Positions 50,101-59,514 of a stretch of 64,000 nucleotides of DNA are shown one piece after another (the stretch's first letter is position 1; each line of letters opens with the position of its first letter). The DNA comes from an uncultured Actinomycetes bacterium (GTDB taxonomy: Bacteria > Actinomycetota > Thermoleophilia > RBG-16-64-13), in the NCBI GenBank assembly GCA_963841735.1, contig CAWJDT010000001.1, forward strand, positions 160,001-224,000, given 5' to 3'. Position numbers and translations under genes: made by a program. The notes under the pieces were generated by a model. The model did no database searches, had not been told where the DNA came from, and worked only from the letters and a program-made list of their open reading frames with translations.

Positions 50101-50604
50101 CAATTTCTCCCTGTTCGCTAGACCGGCCAGGCAACGACACCGCTAGGAAGTCCTTGTAGAGTAAGACCCAGTACCTTCTGCTAGGGCCTTGAGAACACTT
50201 CGGGGTACTACCTCTGGAAGGTGTCCAGGTTGTGCGCTCAAAGTCTACCAAGAACCCGCCCGAAACCACACCGGCAGACGGGCCATCAACGATACTGTCC
50301 GGCGTGTAAGGGGGGCCAGAGGCCACACACAGTGACCCTTGGCCCCCCACATCAGCCTGCAAGCGGATCGGAAGTCCTCCTCGACATCCAACGCGATCCG
50401 CGCCGTACTCCAGACCAGTACCAACTGGCCTTTCTCAGCTTGACGGTGCCCGCCTGATCGATCTCAAAAGCCTTCGGCTCGAGGATGTTCATCCTCTATT
50501 GGATCGATCTCCTAGACCATTGCTCTTTCATTTCTTACAAGACTCTCGAACTTGACTTGATCTCGGTTCCAAGACTAACCGAAGGCCTGCACCACCGCGC
50601 TCGA

Positions 50605-51927
50605 TCAACCTCCTCCTGCCGTCAGACCCGGCAGCCAAGTGCTGATCCAGGGCAAGAAGATGAGCAACACCAGCATGATGGCCATGGTGCTCACAAATGG
50701 CCAACACCCTCGGAAGATCGTATACATAGGCACATCTCTGTGCATGCCCGATATGGTGAACACCACTACTCCCACCGGTGGCGTGATGCACCCGATCATG
50801 ATGCAAAGCACCGTGACGACGCCCAACTGCAGCGGCGAGAAACCCAGGGTCACGGTCAACAGGTTGAAGAAGATGGGCAGAGTGATGATCATGACCGACC
50901 ATATGTCCATGAGGCAGCCCAGGATGAAGTAGAGCAGGCACACCATGATCAGGACCAAGTACTTGTTGAGTTCGGCCTCTACCAGCGCATTGGAAAGGCT
51001 TGTGGCGATTTCGGTGGAGGTCAGGAAGTAGCTGAAGTACCGGGCCCCCATGACAAGAAGTAGGATCATGGCTGACGTCTTGATTGCATCCATGAACGAG
51101 CGACCGAGAGCCTTCCAGGTGAGCTTCCGATACGCCAGGCTTGCCAACGTGATGGCGACAGTGCCTGCCGCCCCGGCCTCAGTAGGGGTGAATATGCCTC
51201 CCATGAGACCACCCATGACCACACCGAACACCACGATGATGCCAATCAGGCCCTTTAGTGAAATCAACCTCTGCTTCCAGCTCACCGCTCGTACTTTGAG
51301 GAGAGGCTGGGGTTCATCTTGCACTGCAGCCAGATCTGCGCCATGAACATGGCGGTCAGCAGGATGCCCGGGACTATGCCGGATATAAAGAGATCACTGA
51401 TGGACGTCTCGGTTATGAACCCGAAGACCACGAAAGCCGCGCTGGGGGGGATGAGGATGCCTAGGTTGCCACCGGCGCATATGGAGCCGAGGGAAAGGCT
51501 GTCCTTGTAACCATACCTTCTCATCTCCGGTAGGGCAGCCTTGTTCATGACGGCCGCCGTGGCGATGTTGTCACCGCAGACGGCCCCGAAGGCCGCGCAC
51601 GAGCCAACCGTGGCCATGGCCAAGCCACCTCGGTAGTGTCCCAGCCAGTTCTTGAAGGTCTCGAAAGCCGCGCGGATCACACCGCCCTCGCCGGCGATGA
51701 TGCCCATCACGACAAACAAGGGGATGATCACCAGAATCGGTGAGGAACCGACCTCGTAGATGGTTGTCGACAACCCAGCCTTCGCGGCTCGCCAAGCCTC
51801 GGGTCATCCAAAAACCCAAGAACCCTGCCACCATCAGCGACAGCCCCACGTGCAATTTCAGGAACATAAGGATGAAGAAGATCACCGACCCTATGACCGC
51901 GCTAGCCCACAAGGGAAGTGAGCTCAT
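50605..51927 (-). CDS. dctM: TRAP large permease; two frameshifts
   Basis: IPLFV.MG, GGLA, A.FGAVCG, LPEM..YGY, GG.LG.LIPPS, GIFTPTEAG, ITPPVG across three frames (breaks near 51790 and 51300). Confidence 0.85.
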
Positions 51928-52479
51928 CTCTTCACCGCCCTATCGATAGAAGTTCAACAACCTTAGCAACCATATGGGGATCAGAGTGGCCATCCCGAAG
52001 GCTGATAGATAAGCAAACGGGTAGATAGGCAAACCGAGCACTCCCATGGTCGTCTGCCCACGGCTCTGCACCTTGACGCCCCAGGACCACCAGTTGCCAG
52101 ACCGCTATGACCAAGATGACGACGGCGAGAGCGTAGATGATGGGAGCTACTGTCTTCTGCACCCTCTTCGGAAGATGGTTGGCCAGAACGTCTACAGACA
52201 TCTTCTCGTGTCCCATGTGCTCTAGCCCATGGCGGTGAAGACGATGATCACCAACGACTGCTCGATCAACTCCTGCGTGCCCGGCACGGGCGCACCGAAC
52301 TGCCGACCGATGATGGAGTACACGATCGTCAGAACAAGCGCACCCAGAACCGCGACACCGATGTACGCGATCCACGTGTAGACGGGCTTGAGAAACGCCT
52401 CGACTGAATTGACGAATGCGGATAGACCCGATGTAGGCTGCGCCCCCTCAGCCTCAGGTTGCCCATGTTCGCTCATCAT
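51924..52479 (-). CDS. dctQ: TRAP small permease; several frameshifts
   Basis: GRQFGAPVPG..EL, H..VD.L..LP, and corrected C-terminus VQSRGQTTMGVLGLPIYPFAYL; breaks near 52225, 52080 and probably 51950. Confidence 0.75.
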
Positions 52480-52498
52480 TGTCCTTTCAGTGAAGAGA

Positions 52499-52531
52499 GA
52501 TCGGCCCTGGCCGGCGCGACCAGGGCCGATC
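52499..52531. terminator. Stem-loop between dctP and dctQ
   Basis: GATCGGCCCTGG...CCAGGGCCGATC. Confidence 0.6.
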
Positions 52532-52544
52532 AGAGGGCTCTTGC

Positions 52545-53714
52545 TTACAGTTGGCCGGCTTTAGGCCTCGCGTCGAGGACCGCCTGCGCTTCAGCCTCGT
52601 AGTCCTGGTAGTACGACGCGTATTCCGCGGACTTTGCAGCTATGAAGTCCAGGATCTCCTGACCCTGGTCGGCGTACGGACTGTCACTAGTCGCGAACTG
52701 ATCGAGCCAACGCTGCCAGACGGGCTGCAGTGCCTCTGTCCAGAGCGCGTACTCTTCGGCGGTGGGTTGATAGATGGGGGGATGGCCCAGCTTTACGTCC
52801 TGAGCCTCCAGATTAACCTTGCTTTCATTCGTAGCCTTCTCATTCGCTATCGAGTAGATGACTGAAGGTATCTGGCCTGTCGCGGTCATGATGGCGTCTT
52901 GAACGTTCGGGGGCATGGAATTCCAGACGTCCTTGTTCATGCAGATGACCCAGGGGCGATACATCAGCTCCAGCGTGGTGCGATATTCCGTAAACCTGAC
53001 CGCGCCAGAAATGAAGACCAGCGACCAGCTAAGGAAGGCGCCGTCGGCAAGCCCTCTCTCCAGCGAAGTCCCCAGATCACCGAGCGGGATGTCGATAGCC
53101 TCTGCACCCAACTGCTCGAGAATCCAGGACTCGACTTTGCCGCCGGAGCGCATTTTCACGCCGGCAAGGTCCGCGGGGACCTTGACTTCCTTGTTGCCCA
53201 CGTACTGAGCGCCCGCGATGCAGGTGATGGCGAGAACCTTGACGTCCTTCATCTCATCGCTGTACGTATTCGCAACGTCCCACATCACAGCCGCACCAAC
53301 GGCCGGATTCGGGAACAGCTTGGGCAGAGAGCCCACTTCGAACACTTTGAAGGCACCGGCGGTGTACTCAGGCTCAATCACGGACAGGTCGCTCGCACCC
53401 GAGACCAGGAAGTCGTACTGCTGCTCGTCCTTGGCCAGAGTACCGTCGGAATAGTGCTCGATGGTCACCCTACCGTCGGTCGCCGCCACCACAGCATCGG
53501 CCCATGGCTTGACGTAGGCTATACCAAGGCTGGACGCACTGGGAACGCCATAGGAGAACTTCAGATTCCATGTCTGCCCGGTGTCTGCGACCGGCGTGGC
53601 CGTAGTCACGGTGGTGTCGTCGGTCTTATCCCCGCCGCACGCCGACAAGACGGCGACGAGACCCAAAACCAACGCCAGGACCAAGAGAACGATAGCCCAT
53701 TTGCTCTTTTTCAT
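52545..53714 (-). CDS. dctP: TRAP solute-binding lipoprotein
   Basis: Lipobox LSACG, AGGAGGAG RBS, KMRSGG, ERGLADG, MNKDVWN. Confidence 0.9.
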   Translation of the reverse strand: MKKSKWAIVLLVLALVLGLVAVLSACGGDKTDDTTVTTATPVADTGQTWNLKFSYGVPSASSLGIAYVKPWADAVVAATDGRVTIEHYSDGTLAKDEQQYDFLVSGASDLSVIEPEYTAGAFKVFEVGSLPKLFPNPAVGAAVMWDVANTYSDEMKDVKVLAITCIAGAQYVGNKEVKVPADLAGVKMRSGGKVESWILEQLGAEAIDIPLGDLGTSLERGLADGAFLSWSLVFISGAVRFTEYRTTLELMYRPWVICMNKDVWNSMPPNVQDAIMTATGQIPSVIYSIANEKATNESKVNLEAQDVKLGHPPIYQPTAEEYALWTEALQPVWQRWLDQFATSDSPYADQGQEILDFIAAKSAEYASYYQDYEAEAQAVLDARPKAGQL

Positions 53715-53801
53715 CTCACTCCTCCTCAACCCCATCTTACAGTTCAGAAAACTAGAACACCCTCTCGCACTGTCAAACAGCGAGCTCTAGCCCTCACCTC
53801 C

Positions 53802-54207
53802 CTACAGTCCGTGTAGCTGTTCCTCCGGCACGATGACATAGTGGCCGAAGGCGTCGACCCTGCATACCCATTACAGATATGACGGTGGTCGCCGTCGGCG
53901 TCTGGATGATATTGTCAGCCTCCAGCTTGAGGCCGCCATGCATCGGAGTGGCGGCACACACGTTGGCGAGATAACAGTCGTTCGTCCGAATGACTGCCTT
54001 CGAAGCGTTGCCCGCTCCAATGGCCGTCTTATGAATGAGAAGCTTGCCCGACTTGCTCTTGGACGTCATACGCACTTTCATCATCTCCACGGGCACGCCG
54101 CTCTCGAGCGCACGGCACAGACCCTGGCACCGGATCTCAGCGCACTTCTCCATCACCAGATCGTCACGCGTGACTTCGAACATCTCTACGCCCAAAGGAC
54201 ATTGCAT
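53802..54207 (-). pseudogene. Degenerate, internally deleted C-terminal fragment of a hydantoinase A gene
   Basis: DDLVMEKCAEIRCQG, VPVEMMKVRMT, ASKAVIRTNDCY, LKLEADNII, PTATTVI and (+1 frame) VCRVDAFGHYVIVP align with the end of 29414..31492. Confidence 0.7.
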
Positions 54208-54277
54208 TCTCCTTCAGCGAAGCACGGTTGCTGTACCTCTGGCCCCATGGGGCCAGAGGTACAGCCGTCAGGCCGGT

Positions 54278-55456
54278 TTAGAGTTCGACGAATTGAACGA
54301 ATACCGGGTTGGGAACTGAAACCTCCGTCAGGACCTTCAGGCTTCCATCATCTGCATTCACTGCATATGACCGGATCACATCCGCCGGGCGGTCCGGGAC
54401 GAGCAAGAACGCGCCTGAAGGCGACATCGTCATGCAGCGTGTCGCCCCTGCGGGATCATCAGACTTGCTGACGGAGACCGATCCCGCCTTCGTTAGATGA
54501 CCATCCGCGGAGATGCTGAACCAGACGATGGTGTCTTCGCCACGGTTGTTCATGTATGCGAAGCGACCGTTCGGATGCACCTGCACGGTGGCCGGCTCGT
54601 TACGGCCCTTGAAGCCCGAGAGCGTCGACTGCTTGTCGATGAACTTGAGCACCCCGGTGGAAGCATCAAAGTCGAAGGACCACAGTTCAGAAGAGAACTC
54701 GCACGTCATGAACATGCGGCCTGTGTTCTTGTCAAAGGCACAGTGCCTAGGACCGGCTCCTTCCGGGCACTGGTAGACGGAGGCGAGCTCCAGTCTGCTC
54801 CCGATCCGGTAGACGTAGACCCGGCCGCCCGCCTTCTCACACGCCACCACGTATTTGCCTGACGGATCGATGACCACTTGATGCGCGTGAGGACTGGCCT
54901 GCGAGTGGCCTCCGCCCTGCGGGGAATCGTTCGGGTCGACGCCGTGCCCGGTGAATACATGCACGTCCTGAACATCGCCGATGGAACCGTCCGCGGCAAG
55001 TTCGTACTGGACTACGGTCGAATCGTCGTATTCGAACTTCTCAGCCCACTTGCCATCAGAGGTCTCGACGACCTTTACCACCCAGTCGAAGAAGGCATGG
55101 TTGGCGGTATAGAGACGCTTCTCTTCCTCGTCCACTGTGACCGCGGCCGGCATCGCTCCGACAGACGGCTGCGAGTTGATGAAGGTCAGCTGTCCGGACT
55201 TCTGATCTACCTTCCACGCCGACACGTTAGAGGCCGGCTTGATGGGCCCGCGTCCGTCGGTCTTTCTTTCGTCGCACGCATAGAGGACTCCCGCTTTTGG
55301 TGCATACGCGAGATAGCCCGGCCTCTTCGGCTTGTCATCCACCCCGCCGATAGCGGTGATCTTGCTTCCGTCCTCGCTGACTTCGAAGATCTTGATGCCG
55401 CCGCCCTGAAAATTCGCAACGTGGTTACACCCCACGTAGGCAATCAGCTTGCTCAT
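54278..55456 (-). CDS. Lactonase family 7-bladed propeller (Pgl/3-carboxymuconate cycloisomerase-like)
   Basis: AYVG, LTFIN.Q, ANH, PHAHQ...DPSG, GAGPRH..F, E.SS, HPNGRF.Y.NNRG, R...SPSG.FL, P.P.FV. Confidence 0.85.
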   Translation of the reverse strand: MSKLIAYVGCNHVANFQGGGIKIFEVSEDGSKITAIGGVDDKPKRPGYLAYAPKAGVLYACDERKTDGRGPIKPASNVSAWKVDQKSGQLTFINSQPSVGAMPAAVTVDEEEKRLYTANHAFFDWVVKVVETSDGKWAEKFEYDDSTVVQYELAADGSIGDVQDVHVFTGHGVDPNDSPQGGGHSQASPHAHQVVIDPSGKYVVACEKAGGRVYVYRIGSRLELASVYQCPEGAGPRHCAFDKNTGRMFMTCEFSSELWSFDFDASTGVLKFIDKQSTLSGFKGRNEPATVQVHPNGRFAYMNNRGEDTIVWFSISADGHLTKAGSVSVSKSDDPAGATRCMTMSPSGAFLLVPDRPADVIRSYAVNADDGSLKVLTEVSVPNPVFVQFVEL

Positions 55457-55486
55457 ACATTTGCTCCTGTCTATCGCTTGGGTACC

Positions 55487-56641
55487 CTAGATTCTCTCGG
55501 GGATGCCGGGAAGATCGGGGTATTTGGCAGCGATCTTCTTCAGCTCAGGATTGTCGAGCTCCAACATCCAGCCCTTATCCCATGCGACCTTGCCGGCGAT
55601 CTTGAGGTCGATATCCATGAGGTCACCGGTAACATGGGGGTAGAAGTTGTAGTTCGGGTTGGCCGGGGCGGAGCCCAGGTGCCAATGCACGCAGCGCGGA
55701 CCCGAATGCTCGATGATGCGCCTGTAAGTGTCGTTCGGGCACTGGTCTTTCGTTACGTTGGCGTTCGGGTGGATGCCGAAGTGGAAGGTGTCGAACTTCT
55801 TCATGCCTTCGCCGACTCTTTCCTCCAACTCGCCCAGGGTGTGCTTGAGCAGATCGGCTTCCTTGCCGCCGGTGATGCTCACCATCTTGCTGTCTTTGAC
55901 CTCGATCTTGATCGGCGTCTCCCAGACCGGGGGCAGGCCCATGTAGCGAGCCCAATAGGGCAGCATGCGATCGAAGTACATGACGCCATTGACGTTCTTG
56001 CAGTTGACCGGCGGGTGCACCCACTCAGGCCATGGGATGTAGTGGCTCGCATCCTTGCGCCAGGAGTTGTAGGGCATACCGGGGATACCCTCACGCTTCA
56101 CGGGGTCAAGGATGTTACCCGTAAGCTGTGAGCCGTTGGCCGCGCTCATCTCGAACTCGGCCATGTGGTTCATGAACGGGTTGGAGCTGAGGTGGCGAGC
56201 CATGACCACGAGTTCGTGTGGGGTCCGGGCCCAGTCGGTCATCATGAGCCCGGTGGTGACTGGGAACATGCGGCAGTACCAGGTCTTGCACTCTTCGATG
56301 TACTGCCGAAACTCTGCGTTCTCTTCGATGGCCAAGTCGAGGGAGAAGTTGAAGAAGACGTCGGCGTTGGTGATAGCGCCCTTGAGGATGGGCGGCACCC
56401 GCCACTCGTGCTTCTTCATTACCTCGTCTAGCCAGAGCACCGTGCAGTTGGCACCGCGCGACGCGCAAACCGCCTGGACCCAACTCACGGCGGTAGGATC
56501 GACATGGTTGGCGCTACCATAGGCACCGTCGATGTGGGCCCCGATGAGGACCTCCATACCCGGCTTGATCTCGGCGTTGTGATCCACCAACTGGATAAGC
56601 GCGTCCATCGCCGCCTTGGGGATTCCCAATGGATTACTCAT
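55487..56641 (-). CDS. Uncharacterised peptidase M29/NicX-like metalloprotein, copy 2
   Basis: Paralog of 31573..32733 (PGMPY.S.RKDASHY.PWPEWVHPP, HFGIHP, HWHLG, HVTGD). Confidence 0.55.
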   Translation of the reverse strand: MSNPLGIPKAAMDALIQLVDHNAEIKPGMEVLIGAHIDGAYGSANHVDPTAVSWVQAVCASRGANCTVLWLDEVMKKHEWRVPPILKGAITNADVFFNFSLDLAIEENAEFRQYIEECKTWYCRMFPVTTGLMMTDWARTPHELVVMARHLSSNPFMNHMAEFEMSAANGSQLTGNILDPVKREGIPGMPYNSWRKDASHYIPWPEWVHPPVNCKNVNGVMYFDRMLPYWARYMGLPPVWETPIKIEVKDSKMVSITGGKEADLLKHTLGELEERVGEGMKKFDTFHFGIHPNANVTKDQCPNDTYRRIIEHSGPRCVHWHLGSAPANPNYNFYPHVTGDLMDIDLKIAGKVAWDKGWMLELDNPELKKIAAKYPDLPGIPERI

Positions 56642-56678
56642 TCTTTCTCTCCTTTTTCGCTAATTCTGTATACCTGCA

Positions 56679-57197
56679 CTACCGCGCCGCACTGCTTTCT
56701 GCCTGCACCCTCGAAACGTACTGCACGCTGAGCTCTACATCCGTCAATCCAAGTTCGGCCAACGCCTGCTTCCTCAGCTTGCTTAGCGAAACGGCCAGCT
56801 GGTCGCGTTCGTCGGGTGTCAAGACCGACATGATCCGCTTGTCGGTCTCGTTGTGGAGCGATTGCCGGAGCGTCTCCGACCCCTTCTTGGTCAACTTGAC
56901 CACCGTCTTCGAACGACCCGAGCCCTGGTGCCTCGTCACCAAACCGTCCTTCTCCATCCTCTTGAGCATCTCGGTGATGGATTGGAGTTCCCTGAAGAAC
57001 CGACGACCGATCTCAGACGGAGTCGCTTGACCACCGTAGCTCTGGATCACCCACAAGAGGGCTCGTCGCTCGTTGCTGATGCCATACGGCTCATACTCGA
57101 CTTGGCGGGCCCTTAGGATGGCGTCCTTCGTCTGTGCTACGAGCACGAAGAGACCGAAATACTCGTCTGCCTTGAGCTCGCAGCCATCTGACACCAT
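56679..57197 (-). CDS. MarR-family transcriptional regulator
   Basis: YGIS.E...L, ATPSEI.R, SITE.LKRMEKDGLV.R, VKLT.KG. Confidence 0.88.
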   Translation of the reverse strand: MVSDGCELKADEYFGLFVLVAQTKDAILRARQVEYEPYGISNERRALLWVIQSYGGQATPSEIGRRFFRELQSITEMLKRMEKDGLVTRHQGSGRSKTVVKLTKKGSETLRQSLHNETDKRIMSVLTPDERDQLAVSLSKLRKQALAELGLTDVELSVQYVSRVQAESSAAR

Positions 57198-57213
57198 GTC
57201 AGCCCCTGTATCT

Positions 57214-57265
57214 AAGTTCGTATACGAAGTTGAGCGAGCGTATCGCACCCTAGAGCCAAAGTCAA
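57214..57265 (-). promoter_or_regulatory. marR promoter and palindromic operator
   Basis: -35 TTGACT (57260-57265), 17-bp spacer, -10 TACGCT (57237-57242); perfect palindrome TTCGTATACGAA (57217-57228) just downstream. Confidence 0.6.
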
Positions 57266-57305
57266 TAACCTCCTCTGTCGTCGCGTTTGCAGACAGAACC
57301 GGCCC

Positions 57306-58694
57306 CTATTTCCCGCTCTTGAACGCCGCGTACTCGGCCATCCGCGAAAGCACGTACACCGCCCGCTTGGGATCAGAATAGGCCGCCACACCACGGTCAG
57401 CCAGGAAGGCGTACATCTCGGGCTCCGACTCGGGCAGCGCAAACACAGACACGGCCAGTGGTTTGCTGATGCTCTTGGCCGCGGCAGCCACATGCTCCAT
57501 ACAAGCCTGGACGGGCGTCGCTATCACCAGGATCATGTCGATGCCCTCATCCTCGGCCACGATCTCGATGGCCTTGGCATACAGGCTTGGATCCAGCAGC
57601 GAGGCCACGCCGGTGTCGATTGGATTGCCGAATCCTGTGCCCACAGGCGGGAGCACTTCGCGCAGACGTGCGATGGTCTTCTCGCTAGGCCGCGGAACTT
57701 CCAGGCCCATGGAGTAGCAGTTGTCGGCCGTGCCGACACCCGTACCGCCTTGGCCGGTGATGATGGCCACACGATTGCCCTTGGGCAGCGGCAGATAGTT
57801 GAAGGCCACCGCGCACTCCACCACGTCTTGCACGCTGTGCACCTGGATGATGCCGGCCTGCTTGAACATGGCCTGCCAGATGGCGGTAGAGCCGGCCAAC
57901 GCCCCGGTATGCGAAGCGGCGGCCCGCGCGCCCTGCTCGCTCATGCCGCCCTTCCAAAGGATGATGGGCTTCGTCTTGGAGACCTCGCGGGCCACCTCGA
58001 AGAAGCGACGACCGTCCTTGACGCCTTCCATGTACGAGACGATGGTCTTGGTCTGATCGTCTTGGCCCAGAAACTCCAGGTAGTCCTCGGCGGCCAGGTC
58101 GCACTCGTTACCGCAACTGACCACGCTACTGAAGCGCACGCCCTTGGTGGAGAGGAACCAGACCAGATAGTCGACGAAAGAGCCACTCTGAGAGACACCG
58201 CCGACAGTGCCCATCTCAGTGGGGACGCCCTTCATGAGCACCTGCGGATAGGTGACCACGCCGTTGCGCGGGTTGAAGAAGCCCAGGCAGTTGGGACCGA
58301 CGATGCGGCAACCGCCTTCGCGCCCGATGCGCCCTATCTCCTTCTCGAGCTCTTTGCCCTCGGGGCCCAGCTCACCAAAGCCGGATGCGAACACCACGGC
58401 GCCGCCGACCTCGTTCTGCACGCATTCCTTCACCAGCCCCAGCACCGCGTCGGGCGGGGTCAGCAGGATGGCTAGGTCGAGCTTCTCGGGGACGGCACTG
58501 ATGCTCGGATAGCACTTGATTCCCAGGACTTCCTCGCGCTTGGGATTGATCGGGTACAGCTTCTTGCAGCCGGCGTCCCGCATACCTTCCACGAATAGGC
58601 GTCCGAAGCTGCCTTCCTTATCAGTGGCCCCTACCAGTGCCACCGACTGAGCGTCGAAGATACGCTTGAGTTGTTCAATAGTCTCTGCCGACAT
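57306..58694 (-). CDS. ADP-forming acyl-CoA synthetase, CoA-binding/ligase (alpha) subunit
   Basis: SVALVGA, YPINP, SGF.E, GPNCLG, SQSG, GNE.D, YMEG, AASHTGALAG (phospho-His), NPID. Confidence 0.9.
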   Translation of the reverse strand: MSAETIEQLKRIFDAQSVALVGATDKEGSFGRLFVEGMRDAGCKKLYPINPKREEVLGIKCYPSISAVPEKLDLAILLTPPDAVLGLVKECVQNEVGGAVVFASGFGELGPEGKELEKEIGRIGREGGCRIVGPNCLGFFNPRNGVVTYPQVLMKGVPTEMGTVGGVSQSGSFVDYLVWFLSTKGVRFSSVVSCGNECDLAAEDYLEFLGQDDQTKTIVSYMEGVKDGRRFFEVAREVSKTKPIILWKGGMSEQGARAAASHTGALAGSTAIWQAMFKQAGIIQVHSVQDVVECAVAFNYLPLPKGNRVAIITGQGGTGVGTADNCYSMGLEVPRPSEKTIARLREVLPPVGTGFGNPIDTGVASLLDPSLYAKAIEIVAEDEGIDMILVIATPVQACMEHVAAAAKSISKPLAVSVFALPESEPEMYAFLADRGVAAYSDPKRAVYVLSRMAEYAAFKSGK

Positions 58695-58698
58695 ACCG

Positions 58699-59397
58699 TC
58701 ACTCTCCCAGGATCACGCGGGCATCGACGGCAATGGCACCCTTGGAGTACGCGAAGATGGGATTGAGATCCATCTCCTTGACCTCCGGGGTCTTGGCCAC
58801 GAAGTCCGACAAACGCATTAGGATGTCTTCGAGCGCGGCCTTGTCTACCGGCTCAGAGCCGCGGAACCCTTCCAAGAGTCGCGCCGCCTTGATCTCGGCG
58901 ACGGCCTTGGTGGCATCGCCCTTGGTGAGGGGCGCAAGCTTGAAGCTCACGTCCTTGAGCACCTCCACCCACACGCCGCCCAGCCCGAACATAAGCACAG
59001 GGCCGAACTGCGGGTCGGTCGCCATGCCCACGATGACCTCCAGCCCAGGCTTGGCCATGTCCTGCACGCTCACGCCTTCGATAGCGGCGGCCGGGTTGTA
59101 GGCCTTGCACGAAGCCATGATGGCGTCCCAGGCGTCGCCGACCGCGTCAGCGTCGGCTAGGCCCACCTTGACTCCACCGGCGTCGCTCTTGTGAGAGATG
59201 TCCTGCGAGGACACCTTGAGCACGCACGGGTAACCGATCCTCTTGCTCAGAGCCACCGCTTCTTCCTTGGAGGTGGCCAGCATCATCTGAGTTGTGGGGA
59301 TGCCAAGGCTGCGGAGCAGATCCTTGGATTCCATCTCGGTGAGAACGGTCCGCGACTCTTTGCGGGCCCTCTCGATTATTTCCTTCGCACTAGCCAT
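58699..59397 (-). CDS. ADP-forming acyl-CoA synthetase, ATP-grasp (beta) subunit
   Basis: LTE.ESK, GYP.VLK, HKSDAGGV, DPQFGP.LMFGLGG..VE.LKD, EMDLNP, DAR. Confidence 0.92.
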   Translation of the reverse strand: MASAKEIIERARKESRTVLTEMESKDLLRSLGIPTTQMMLATSKEEAVALSKRIGYPCVLKVSSQDISHKSDAGGVKVGLADADAVGDAWDAIMASCKAYNPAAAIEGVSVQDMAKPGLEVIVGMATDPQFGPVLMFGLGGVWVEVLKDVSFKLAPLTKGDATKAVAEIKAARLLEGFRGSEPVDKAALEDILMRLSDFVAKTPEVKEMDLNPIFAYSKGAIAVDARVILGE

Positions 59398-59466
59398 TTG
59401 TTACCTCAGAGTGTCAAAGCTCTTTTCGTGGAGGCCTGGTCCCGCGGCTCGGCCTCCACCACAAAC

Positions 59467-59498
59467 GTCCTCGCGGCGCCCGAAGGCGCCGCGAGGAC
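59467..59498 (-). terminator. Stem-loop after the BKACE gene
   Basis: GTCCTCGCGGCGCC-ttcg-GGCGCCGCGAGGAC (minus strand), followed by GTTTG. Confidence 0.65.
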
Positions 59499-59514
59499 TT
59501 GGATCTTGTCGCTG

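Noticed and set aside
21352-59498. Intergenic hairpins as a REP/MITE family
   Set aside because: The stems share no primary sequence or target duplications, and their positions fit terminators or mRNA stabilisers.
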